Positions 10,836-21,486 of a DNA stretch of 34,056 bases are shown here, one piece after another (position 1 is the stretch's first letter; every line of letters begins with the position of its first letter). Source of the DNA: Octopus bimaculoides (Eukaryota); contig NC_068995.1 of assembly GCF_001194135.2 (NCBI RefSeq), positions 12,011,560 to 12,045,615 on the forward strand, written 5' to 3'. The notes beneath the pieces were generated by a model. The model was not told where the DNA came from. It saw only the letters and a program-made list of their open reading frames with translations, and ran no database searches. A program made the position numbers and the translations under genes.

Positions 10836-11849
10836 GAAATCATAGTAAAAGCATAGACACACATACACATAGATAGATAGACACAAATACATATATACAA
10901 GCAAACTCACATCTATATGCATTTTAAATGAACACAAAGCGAAAGCCTAATTTTCAAACACAGTCCCTACCTTGACATTTTTACTGCAAGGTATAACCGC
11001 TATCTGTTTCCCATATCAGACCCTAAAGATTTAAAAATTGCGCACATATTGGCTAAAAAGATTTTATATACATTGTGGTTGGAAAAAGAAGATAGATGGT
11101 CACGATTTTTAATGTACTTGTTCACGGGTTCCCTGACACTAGACAACAACAACCATTGAGCATTCACAAGTAAAATATTTCGAGATAGTGAACTAGTTGG
11201 TCTATTAAATTTCTATATTGTAGATATCGTCATCTAATATGATATTGACTTCGGATGACAGCGCATTTAAAAAGCACAATATACTAACTAGCTAGATGTA
11301 CACGGAAAAGAAATTACAATTAGTTTTATAGAGTTGTGTCTGAGAAAATAATGGCTGGTTGGTTATGCACGCTTGATTGTTTCGGTGATTTCTCATGCAG
11401 TGTTGAGAAGCTGTACAGGATTCCACTAAGTTATTTTTAAAAGCAGATTCCCTTCTCACAAGTACTCTTTCAGATTGAGTTAACTAAAGTTTCTTTTTAT
11501 CAGTCTGCGTGAGGAAACTAAAGGATAGTGAATTGAAAATTCCCTACAGCCTGGCGCATCCTAAATAATACAGCCCTCTAAAACCCAAGAACCAAGGTCA
11601 TTTAACAGAAATTATATGTATCGAGAGACATTCAAGTACAACGAGTTAGATTCTGTTGTACATAAACAATCATTTCATTCCAGAGGGAGAGGAAGCACTC
11701 CCTGTAATTGCCAAATAAAGGAAACCACATAGAGCAACATAAAGTAGATATTAATCACTTAACTACTTGACAACAAGGTTTACTGCAGTTCATTTGTATA
11801 ACTCTACTAAACAAGGAGAACCAGAAACCAGTAACGGTTCTATGCACTG

Positions 11850-11925
11850 TCGTTTGAATGTAGCTTGAGAGAGATTTGATTTCTATTTCTGACATGTTGA
11901 TCGACCTCAATGAGACACGCTTGTT
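11850..11925 (-). repeat. Family C fragment
   Basis: Reverse complement gtcagaaatagaaatcaaatctctctcaa matches the agaaataacagccaaatctccctc core. Confidence 0.55.
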
Positions 11926-11979
11926 GCCTCATCTTATCTATTCTCAGTAGGATCTTCTTAGTCTAACACAGGAGAGTGT

Positions 11980-12030
11980 ACTTTGAGGGATATTGAACTA
12001 TCATTTCTAGCAGGCCAAGCAACCTTATCT
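11980..12030 (-). repeat. Family C fragment
   Basis: Reverse complement ggcctgctagaaatgatagttcaatatccctcaaa matches the same core. Confidence 0.45.
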
Positions 12031-12539
12031 CGTAAAGGATCTGCTTGTTTCGGTTACAGAAATGTACGAAATTGATGTTCTAAGATAAGGAAATTCATGC
12101 AGAGATAGTAGGAATCTTAAGAAACAATAACAAGATGAGTTGAAATACGATATAATCCCGCTGATATTTGGCATCACCATTCAACAGAACAGGATTTTGG
12201 AGGAACTGAAGATAGGAAAAGGGGAAAGGATCAGGGTCGGGCGTATATTTATGTCTACCTATTTGGAAATAAGATATTTCTGTAATCAGAATGTAAGGAA
12301 TATTAGGTGACATCATTTTATGTTTTAAAAAGGGGGTAAAAAGTTAGTAGAGTGTAATGAAGGATGTCAATATATTAAAAAGAAGGGGTTATAATGATTC
12401 AGGGACATTGTTATCATATTAGAACAGAGAGTAGAGAGCAAAGGTGGCTGTCATATATCTGTGTGTATATATATACTGTATAGCTATATCTGTATATCTA
12501 TATGTGTGTATATATCCAGTATATCTATATATTTAAAAG

Positions 12540-12563
12540 CAGATAGACAGATAGATAGGTAGG

Positions 12564-12625
<62 letters not shown>
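12540..12625. repeat. (AGAT)n tetranucleotide microsatellite
   Basis: Directly visible. Confidence 0.97.
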
Positions 12626-12626
<1 letters not shown>

Positions 12627-12684
12627 AGAGATACAGGGAGAGATATATAGATAAACTAATAGTAGTAATATATATACACATAAT

Positions 12685-12689
<5 letters not shown>

Positions 12690-12719
<30 letters not shown>

Positions 12720-12852
12720 GATACACACGTATGTAAATACATACATATATATATATACATACACACATATATTTACAAATATACATATATATATTCATTC
12801 GTTTACATACATACATACATACATAAATACATACATACATACATACATACAT
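12690..12852. repeat. Compound (CA)n/(TA)n/(ACAT)n microsatellite
   Basis: Directly visible. Confidence 0.93.
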
Positions 12853-13042
12853 GTCGTTTTCTATATAAGCAGACACCCATAGTTCGGGTTTGGTGCTCGT
12901 CGGTGAACTTGGCATCAATACTGCATCTGATCGACCCGAAACGATGAAAGATCGTGAGAAATATTCTTGAGATTTGAGGAAACATGATGTCATGAAACCC
13001 AAGGATAAAATCTCTGCCAATTACAATAGTAATGATAATATT

Positions 13043-13097
13043 AGCAGAAAACCTCAAATTGGCAGAAAACCTCAAATTGGCAGAAAGCCTCAAAATT
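13043..13097. repeat. Three tandem 18-bp units (GGCAGAAAACCTCAAATT) at a SINE-A 3' end
   Basis: Units at 13043-13060, 13061-13078 and 13079-13096. Confidence 0.95.
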
Positions 13098-13276
13098 TCG
13101 TGGAAGGGTTAAATGGAATACATCGACCCCAGTGCTCAGCTAGTACTTATTTTATAGATTCCAAAGGGAACAAAGGCAGTCAACGTCGGTGGAATTTTAG
13201 CCCAGAACGTGAAGGCGGACGAAATGCCGCTAAGCATTTTACTCTCAACGTTAACCATTCTGCCACCTCGCTGCCT
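13043..13276 (-). mobile_element. SINE-A copy with triplicated tail segment
   Basis: catcgaccccagtgctcagctagtacttattttatag...ggaattttagcccagaacgt...gaaatgccgctaagcattt...ttctgccacctcgctgcc, collinear with 14216-14448. Confidence 0.85.
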
Positions 13277-13309
13277 TATTACTACTACTAATACTAATCC
13301 TCTCTGCTG

Positions 13310-13478
13310 AAAGCACAAGGCCTGAAGCCTTTGGTGGGTGGCGAGTAGTCGTTTACATCGACCGCAATGTTCAACTGGTACTTAATTTATCGACCCCGAA
13401 GAGATGAAAGGCAAAGTCGATCTCGGTGTAACTAGAAATCAGAACGTCGTGTGCTAACCACTATTCCATCTTACTGCT
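13310..13478 (-). mobile_element. SINE-A copy with an internal deletion in the head
   Basis: aagcacaaggcc...ctggtacttaatttatcgaccccgaagagatgaaaggcaaagtcgatctcgg...cagaacgt, then a jump to gtgctaacc. Confidence 0.85.
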
Positions 13479-13484
13479 TTATTA

Positions 13485-13590
13485 TTAATAATAATAACAA
13501 CAATAATAATGATAACAATAATAATAATAATGATAATGTTGACCAGTGAAAGGGCCACGACGGTGGTGGTGGTGGTGGTGCTGGTGGTGA
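13485..13590. repeat. (AAT)n then (GGT)n trinucleotide repeats
   Basis: Directly visible. Confidence 0.9.
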
Positions 13591-13649
13591 TAATGTGTTT
13601 CTGGCATAGCTTAAAAATATATACTTCAGCTCAACGCCACTGCTTGAAA

Positions 13650-13710
13650 AGTACTTTATTTTATCGACCGGAAAGATGGAAGACAATAGTGATATTGAGT
13701 AAAATTTGAA
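13650..13710 (-). mobile_element. Short degenerate SINE-A body fragment
   Basis: agtactttattttatcgaccggaaagatggaag matches the SINE-A body ggtacttaatttatcgaccccgaagagatgaaag. Confidence 0.5.
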
Positions 13711-14016
13711 ACGCTATCTCTAAATACGGTATCAACAAATGGTGCAATGCTTTGAGAAATCTATAAGAACACATTTGTACGCATTAGATAACATGTGTTC
13801 ATTAAATGACATGAAGTGGAATTGTAAAATCTAGGAACGTCAAATAAGAAATAAAACGAAATAATCAAGGAATCTGTTACATGTGAGACTGAGGTGATCA
13901 TTTATATTGAAGTTGTCAGCGATCTTGAGTTCATAAGAAATAGCTGAATTGACAAGAAGTTAATCAGTGATTGTTGATTGCCTTCCTGTAAGCCTATTGC
14001 AAACTAGACAAGCATG

Positions 14017-14215
14017 TTCTTTTCTACTCTAGGCACAAGGTGCGAAATTTGGTGGGAAGGGGACAGTCGATTAGATCGACCCCAGTACGCAACTAGTACT
14101 TAATTTATTGACCCCGAAAATATAAAAGGTGAAGTCGACCTCAGCGGAATTTGAAACCAGAACGTAAAGCCAGACGAAATACCGCTAAGCATTTTGCTCG
14201 GCGTGTTAATGTTTC
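14017..14215 (-). mobile_element. SINE-A copy (tail type 1), missing the first roughly 17 nt of the head
   Basis: ttcttttctactctaggcacaagg tail; gtcgattagatcgaccccag; ggaatttgaa B box; ends at gtgttaatgtttc, directly joined to the next copy. Confidence 0.92.
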
Positions 14216-14448
14216 TTATTTCTTCATTGCACACGAGGGGAATAAACGTGGAGGGGACAAATAAGGACAGACAGAGGGATTAATTCGATTACATCGACCC
14301 CAGTGCGTAACTGGTACTTAATTTAATGATCCCGAAAGGATGACAGGCAAAGTCGACGTCGGCAGAATTTGAACTGGGAACGTAAAGACAGACGACATAC
14401 TGCTATGAATTTTGCCCGGCGTGCTAACGTTTCTGCCAGCTCGCCGCT
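14216..14448 (-). mobile_element. SINE-A copy (tail type 2), full length
   Basis: Minus strand has head GCGGCGAGCTGGCAGAAACGTTAGCACG (A-box region), B box GTTCAAATTC at 14365-14374, the conserved body, and a distinct tail (ggggacaaataaggacagacagaggg on +). Confidence 0.92.
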
Positions 14449-14917
14449 ATACTAGCCAAACACATTGAAAACTAGAAACGAGTAATGATATCTTGCAAAC
14501 AACTTATTGTTCATTCTTGTATTGCTAAGGCATAAAACGTCTATAAAATAATTAATGGGGATCAAAATTATCTTTGGTACTGAAACACTGAGGTGTCTAT
14601 CTTAAGAGAATCAAATGAAACCAAATGTGATTGAATCGGGTGATTTATTTGAATCATGGAGAAGCTGTCTGAAGACGAATTTTCTTCTACAACATCTTGG
14701 ACAATTAAGGTTGTTGGAAACTGTATCTATCCGAGCGGCGATCACATACACATCTGTCATCAATATTTGAAATTAAATCTCGTTAATTAAAAAAAAAAAT
14801 AGAGCGACCCGAGGAAATTCTATGTTGTATGTTAGTGACTTTGAATAACTACTTTCCCTTCTGTTTAGATATGTATCTGTCAACTCTCATAACATAGATA
14901 AGCATTTAAACCAACTA

Positions 14918-15042
<125 letters not shown>

Positions 15043-15272
15043 GAGCAGTCCCAGCACGGCTAATGCCTATGGTCTATAAAACGTAAATGATAAAAGTGTA
15101 ACAGCTACAGCTATTTACTAACTACAGAGATTTCACTTCAATTTAACTCCATACCGATATATCTTTTAATGTATAAATTTGTAGATCTTTCCTGACTTTG
15201 TTTATGTTAAATATTTCGATTATGCCTGCGATTTGAACACAAAAATGCTGAATAATATAGATCTATTTCCTA

Positions 15273-15340
<68 letters not shown>
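15273..15340. repeat. (CT)n microsatellite
   Basis: Directly visible. Confidence 0.97.
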
Positions 15341-15409
15341 GGTTCTCTCTTTCTATTTTTTTTACCGTTCCACTATTTCCGTTTCTTTGTTTTCGTACTA
15401 AGACACGTA

Positions 15410-15480
15410 GGTCCGTTTGGGAAGGATTTCATCAGAGACCTACTCTATCAGGAGAGACATAAAGCTAAATACCAACCACT
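15410..15480 (+). repeat. Family C 3' fragment
   Basis: ctactctatcagg identical to 10799-10811, followed by gctaaataccaacc. Confidence 0.55.
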
Positions 15481-16199
15481 TCTAACTATGGAACCCAAGA
15501 AGTAATATCTAAGATTTATTTCCACCCGCAAGCAATAGCACCCTAGTTCCTTACAAAGTAATCACGATATATTGAACAAAGTGCTTCATAATGTAGAATG
15601 TGATATGGTTACATCATGGCTGTAGACGAAAACGATTTTTTATTAGAGCCTTTAAATCAGGTGCTGAAAAAAAGTGCAACTGTTAACGTAAGATACTCTC
15701 AAATCTACATTATTAAGCTTCCATTTTTTTTAACAATACGTTATACTTGACTTAAAATATACGTAATGTCGTAAAGAAACCAATTTTAACGCAGCAAACC
15801 AGAGAAATGCGTCATACCACTATAATTTGGTAAACTTTCCTCAGTATATTTGCTAGTAATGTTTCTGGCTTTCAGTTAGAATACCTACACTCCGATTATA
15901 ATTATATACACTCTTGTAATGATAACTTTTCATATTCCAATATATAGTTACTGAAAACACAGACACAGAATCAATATTAAAAGAAAAGTTGCTTCAGAGA
16001 TAAATCTTTGCTTATTCTACTCTTTTTTTTCTTCTTATTTTTCACACACGCACACTTATATATTTTTGATAATTCTATAACAGATTGCAGACCCTCAACC
16101 AATTCTGTAACATTCCCTAGGGAAAAATGTAGTTTTGATATTATGTATCTATTTGCATATATTTACCTTTTTTGTTCTGCACCCAATATCTATACACCC

Positions 16200-16232
16200 T
16201 ATGTCACTCTTACTCTCTCTCTCTCTGTCTTA

Positions 16233-16306
<74 letters not shown>

Positions 16307-16425
16307 CTCTCTGTCTTACTCTCTCTCTCTCTCTCTCTCTCTGACTCTCTCTGTCTTACTCTCTCTGTCTTACTCCCTCTGTCTTACTCTCTCTCTCTCT
16401 CACTCTCTCTCTTTCTCTCACTTTA
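16200..16425. repeat. (CT)n interrupted by a recurrent GTCTTACT unit
   Basis: GTCTTACT at 16227, 16313, 16353, 16367 and 16381. Confidence 0.93.
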
Positions 16426-16439
16426 CACTCATGCATTTA

Positions 16440-16498
16440 TGTATGTATACATGCATGTATATATGTGTGTATGTATATAAGCATATATATATGTTCAC

Positions 16499-16561
<63 letters not shown>

Positions 16562-16691
16562 CATATATATATAGTACAACGTATATATTTATGTGTGTAT
16601 GTGTGTGTGATATATATATATATAACTACATATGCACATACATATATATACATACATACATACACATATAGATGATGCATGCATGCATACA

Positions 16692-16722
<31 letters not shown>

Positions 16723-16725
16723 GTT
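16440..16725. repeat. Compound (TA)n/(ACAT)n microsatellite field
   Basis: Directly visible. Confidence 0.95.
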
Positions 16726-16844
16726 CGTATCAACGTAAGTACATAAACACATACAACACCATGGGTGATTGAAATGACCGAGACAGACCAGCGCCAATCT
16801 GAGTACATTACAGTATTTAGTTTCCACCATCTTGCTCTCTATTT

Positions 16845-16925
16845 TCAAACCTCGCTGGATTCGACTTAGCCTTTCATTTCTTAGGCTGAACGTAACAGTA
16901 ATAGATAAAATGAATTCTGTATCAA
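16845..16925 (+). mobile_element. Degenerate SINE-A body fragment
   Basis: tcgacttagcctttcatttctt matches the SINE-A sequence tcgactttgcctttcatcctt; gataaaatga follows. Confidence 0.4.
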
Positions 16926-17462
16926 ATGGGAAAGCTGGGGCGAGGTGAGGCGAGGCGAGGCCAGGGAGATGGTTCAATTTCATTAACTTTACGCTCTCTC
17001 TGTGTATATTAGCCATTATTATTAACATTACCCCGTTTAACTTCATCATTAAATATATATGTAACCCTCGCCTTATTTTTTTCCTTTGCATTAAAAAGCG
17101 ATATAGAAAAATGTGTTTCGGTTTCGAAAACATATCTCAAAACACATTATAGAATATACATTTCTATATCTTGAGCTTATTGAAATACATTTTTGTAGAA
17201 TATCTTGCTTCTCCTTTTTGTTCGTATTTCATTTCTACTACGTATTTTGTTGTTGTTGTTGTTGTTACTATTATTATTATCTGCTATTTATTTTTTCCCC
17301 ACCATTTCCAACGTTAGGGGAATATAATGCCAGTAGACCCTTTAGATAATTACATTTCTCCGAATGCAATTTATGTACTGATACTATACGCATATAATTT
17401 TCTGTCATTGAGAGTAGATTGTGAAGCTCTTTTCCAACACTGAGCATTGCAAAATCAAAATA

Positions 17463-17463
17463 C

Positions 17464-17503
<40 letters not shown>
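17463..17503. repeat. (AAT)n microsatellite
   Basis: Directly visible. Confidence 0.95.
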
Positions 17504-17504
<1 letters not shown>

Positions 17505-17694
17505 TAGAAAATTATAAAAAAAGATTGCATCCTTAGTAACAGAAACCTAGATACAAAATTGATGAAGCTTAAAATCCCTAGACGCTATGAAAACTAAGCA
17601 ATTGCTACGGTATTTACAATATTCCTGGAAGCTGAAAAGGAATGGTAGAGGCAATATATAATAGAGCAATGAATGACTCTGTAAAAATTCTTAG

Positions 17695-17835
17695 GTTGCG
17701 TATACACCGACCAAATACCTAACAGTAGTGATAATTCTTGCAAGTATTGGGATTATCGATTATAATAACCTGATCATAGCGTCTACAATATGATTATTGA
17801 TGTATCGATCGATTTCAATATCCTATCTAAAATGT
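17695..17835 (+). mobile_element. Possible degenerate R4/Dong restriction-like endonuclease relic
   Basis: Ordered motifs across frameshifts: ...DNSCKYWD (17742-17753), PD (17769-17774), MIIDVSI (17790 onward). These recall the remembered KILWD...NRPDI...IIDVAIP pattern; by-eye only. Confidence 0.3.
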
Positions 17836-17974
17836 AATATCTTCTATTGATATATCAGTTAATATCTAGTTACCTCCAAAACTATACTATTGATTATTGA
17901 TATCGTGGTCAATAGTTTTCTTCGCTCTACTATAGAAATATTAATGGTTTGTTTTGGTTTTATATTGCCTTCAT

Positions 17975-17975
17975 A

Positions 17976-18008
<33 letters not shown>
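17975..18008. repeat. (ATT)n microsatellite
   Basis: Directly visible. Confidence 0.95.
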
Positions 18009-18013
<5 letters not shown>

Positions 18014-18167
18014 TTTTGATTTTTGATTCTTTCTTTCTTTCTTTATACCTTTATTTGTTTTTTATTTACATTTTTTATTTATTTATTTTTTTTTGCAACA
18101 GAAGCAGAATTTAGATTAATCAACAAAATCTTAAGATTCCAATTAATTCTGAAAATTCTACCACACA

Positions 18168-18222
<55 letters not shown>

Positions 18223-18297
18223 NNNNNNNNNNNNNNNNNNNNNNNNNNNNNNNNNNNNNNNNNNNNNNNNNNNNNNNNNNNNNNNNNNNNNNNNNNN
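18223..18297. other. Assembly gap inside (TA)n
   Basis: 75 Ns. Confidence 0.99.
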
Positions 18298-18339
<42 letters not shown>

Positions 18340-18600
18340 GTATATGCATATATGTGTGTGTGTCTGTGAGTATGTGTGAGTGTGTCTGTGTTTGTGGGTG
18401 TGTCGGTGGGTGTGGGAGTGGGTGTGGGGAGTGTCTACCTACATATGCATATAAGTTTATTTATTCATTTTAGTTATACCTGCGTATATGTATATATATA
18501 TATATATTTATATACACATATATGTATGAATATATATATATGTATGTATCTATCTATATGTATATATATATGTGTGTGTATATATATATGTATATATATA

Positions 18601-18644
<44 letters not shown>

Positions 18645-19579
18645 NNNNNNNNNNNNNNNNNNNNNNNNNNNNNNNNNNNNNNNNNNNNNNNNNNNNNNNN
18701 NNNNNNNNNNNNNNNNNNNNNNNNNNNNNNNNNNNNNNNNNNNNNNNNNNNNNNNNNNNNNNNNNNNNNNNNNNNNNNNNNNNNNNNNNNNNNNNNNNNN
18801 NNNNNNNNNNNNNNNNNNNNNNNNNNNNNNNNNNNNNNNNNNNNNNNNNNNNNNNNNNNNNNNNNNNNNNNNNNNNNNNNNNNNNNNNNNNNNNNNNNNN
18901 NNNNNNNNNNNNNNNNNNNNNNNNNNNNNNNNNNNNNNNNNNNNNNNNNNNNNNNNNNNNNNNNNNNNNNNNNNNNNNNNNNNNNNNNNNNNNNNNNNNN
19001 NNNNNNNNNNNNNNNNNNNNNNNNNNNNNNNNNNNNNNNNNNNNNNNNNNNNNNNNNNNNNNNNNNNNNNNNNNNNNNNNNNNNNNNNNNNNNNNNNNNN
19101 NNNNNNNNNNNNNNNNNNNNNNNNNNNNNNNNNNNNNNNNNNNNNNNNNNNNNNNNNNNNNNNNNNNNNNNNNNNNNNNNNNNNNNNNNNNNNNNNNNNN
19201 NNNNNNNNNNNNNNNNNNNNNNNNNNNNNNNNNNNNNNNNNNNNNNNNNNNNNNNNNNNNNNNNNNNNNNNNNNNNNNNNNNNNNNNNNNNNNNNNNNNN
19301 NNNNNNNNNNNNNNNNNNNNNNNNNNNNNNNNNNNNNNNNNNNNNNNNNNNNNNNNNNNNNNNNNNNNNNNNNNNNNNNNNNNNNNNNNNNNNNNNNNNN
19401 NNNNNNNNNNNNNNNNNNNNNNNNNNNNNNNNNNNNNNNNNNNNNNNNNNNNNNNNNNNNNNNNNNNNNNNNNNNNNNNNNNNNNNNNNNNNNNNNNNNN
19501 NNNNNNNNNNNNNNNNNNNNNNNNNNNNNNNNNNNNNNNNNNNNNNNNNNNNNNNNNNNNNNNNNNNNNNNNNNNNNNN
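18645..19579. other. Assembly gap after (TA)n
   Basis: 935 Ns. Confidence 0.99.
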
Positions 19580-19719
19580 AGAGTTTCTGCCTACAAAATC
19601 TACTCACAAGTGTTTGGTCGGCCCGAGGCCGTAATAGAAGACACTTGCCCAAGGTGCCACGGAATGGGACTGAACTCAGAACAATGTGGTTCGATATGAA
19701 TTTTCTTACCACACCGCCA
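19580..19719 (-). mobile_element. SINE-B 5' half (tRNA head plus CORE-like segment); remainder in the gap
   Basis: aagacacttgcccaaggtgcc (19638-19658) is the exact reverse complement of 24474-24494; gggactgaac B box; cttaccacaccgcc A-box region. Confidence 0.88.
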
Positions 19720-19770
19720 TACCAACGCCTACATGTCGATGAGTTTTTCTTTTATTTTTATTTGTTTCAG

Positions 19771-20173
19771 ATGCCTGTGTAGGTAAGGAGCTCGCTTTGC
19801 ATGTATACTGCCTCGGGTTCAGTCCCGCATCGTAACACCTTCGATAAGGACAGAACAATACCTTGTTAATGAATTTGGTCCAGGAAAACAGTCTGGAAGC
19901 TTACCGCACTTACATACATACATAATACACACATACACACACAGATACTCACGCACGCACGAACACACACATATATATGACGTGTGGGTATTTCTTTTTG
20001 TCTGTGTTTGTCCTATACCAACGTGTGAAAATCGGTGTTAATTGGTTTGTGGATCCGTAACTTGGCTGTTCGGTAAGAGAGATTGATAAATATACTGGAG
20101 TTGATCTGTTTAATTATACCTCCCCTAAAGTGGTGCTCCAGCATGGCCGCGGTCCAATGACTGAAACATATAA
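19771..20173 (+). mobile_element. SINE-B, full span with internal deletion and divergence
   Basis: Head tgtgtaggtaaggagctcgc...gggttcagtcccgc; internal (CA)/(TA) microsatellite; gtctgtgtttgtcc...ccgtaacttggctgttcgg; tail gtggtgctccagcatggccgcggtccaatgactgaaaca. Confidence 0.8.
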
Positions 20174-20213
20174 TAGATAAAAGATGTTCCTATTCATTAT
20201 TCGTTTCTCTTTG

Positions 20214-20215
<2 letters not shown>

Positions 20216-20298
<83 letters not shown>

Positions 20299-20321
20299 CT
20301 ATCCCTCTCTCTCTCTCTCTC

Positions 20322-20355
<34 letters not shown>
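20216..20355. repeat. (CT)n microsatellite
   Basis: Directly visible. Confidence 0.97.
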
Positions 20356-20360
<5 letters not shown>

Positions 20361-20560
20361 CACTTTATGTCTACCTAAGTTCCTTCTTTTTCTTTCTGAT
20401 TCGCCTCTTCTCTCTTCAGCTATGTGCGTATGAGTGTGTGTGTTTGTGTGTGTGTTGTGCGAGTTTGTGTGCTTGCATATGTGTGTGGAAGTGTATGAGT
20501 GTGTGTGTGCGTGTGTGCTTACATATCTTCTTTTATCATTTATCTTTTTCTTGTGTCAGA

Positions 20561-20709
20561 CATTTGACTGCGGCCATGCTGGTGCTTTGCTTTGAAAATG
20601 TTTAAAGCCTGACGCATATTCTATCATACTTTTAGCTGAACTGCTAACTCACGTGGACTTAAACACACCAACACCGGTTGTTAAGTAGGAGATAAGCACA
20701 GACACAAAG

Positions 20710-20756
<47 letters not shown>

Positions 20757-20919
20757 CGACGAGCTTCTTTCAGTTTCCGTCTATCAAACCCACTCACAAG
20801 GCTTAGGTCAGCCCGAGGCTAAAGTAGGAGACACTTGTCCAATGCGTCATGCTGTGGGTCTGAACCCGGAACCATGTGGTTGGGAAGCAAGCTTCTTACC
20901 AGGCAGCCTCGCCTTGCGC
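20561..20919 (-). mobile_element. SINE-B, full length (best copy)
   Basis: Minus strand: GCGCAAGGCGAGGCTGCCTGGTAAGAAGCTTGCTTCCCAACCACATGGTTCCGGGTTCAGACCC (A and B boxes), CORE-like ttggacaagtgtct, internal (TA)(TG)n, tail gcaccagcatggccgcagtcaaatg. Confidence 0.92.
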
Positions 20920-21290
20920 AAGCTCGCCCATATGCACAGAGATACACCAGCACCTGCGTGTACACAATTATAAACAACTAAGACAGGGGCAAAAGAAACC
21001 ACTGTTATAAACCCACATCAAATACAGACCACAAACACGCAAACACACACGCACCCCCCCCACACACACACATGCATAAACACATACACGCACACAGGAA
21101 CGCACGTACGCTCTTACGTACGTACTTACGTACTTACGCACGCATGCATGCATACTCCTCTGCCTGGTAATATGCGCTTTATTAGAAAAGAACGTATAAG
21201 CATACATAACAGTTTATATATTGACTCCATATGAAAAATCTCAACTCTAGAATGATGAAAAAATAATGAAGATTTGTTTTCCTATCACAG

Positions 21291-21398
21291 CAGGTGCCAA
21301 CTTCACTTCATTCACCCGCAGCTTCCTACACGTACTTAGGGGGTCTATTTTACGGCTCTTCACTTCGTCGAAAAAATTTGGCAAACACATATATGTAG
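21291..21398 (+). CDS. Candidate small internal exon of an unknown host gene (weak)
   Basis: Acceptor tttgttttcctatcacAG/cAG (NAGNAG) and donor AG|gtatga. Length 108 or 105 nt. Open in phase 1 (GANFTSFTRSFLHVLRGSILRLFTSSKKFGKHIYV); phase 0 ends in TAG at the donor. No repeat similarity and no recognisable domain. Confidence 0.2.
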   Translation, partial: QVPTSLHSPAASYTYLGGLFYGSSLRRKNLANTYM

Positions 21399-21449
21399 GT
21401 ATGATGTCTTTGTCTACGCCTGGTTTTCTTCATTTTTTTTCTTTCTTCC

Positions 21450-21452
<3 letters not shown>

Positions 21453-21482
<30 letters not shown>
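21453..21482. repeat. (CT)n microsatellite
   Basis: Directly visible. Confidence 0.95.

Positions 21483-21486
<4 letters not shown>

Noticed and set aside
12140-12300. Frame DIIPLIFGITIQQNRILEELKIG, faintly like an R4/Dong C-terminus or a host exon
   Set aside because: Similarity is too short and no splice signals support it; it would need a translated HMM search.
13043-13097. Possible CRISPR-like repeat array
   Set aside because: Units are directly adjacent with no spacers, the context is eukaryotic, and no cas genes are present.
12974-13291. 105-aa ORF with RKPQIG repeats
   Set aside because: It is the antisense reading of a SINE-A copy plus its 18-bp tail triplication.
14365-14448. tRNA-like A/B boxes here and at 20856-20919, 27679 and 31182
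   Set aside because: These are SINE heads continuing into shared bodies and tails; no complete cloverleaf, so they are not called tRNA genes.
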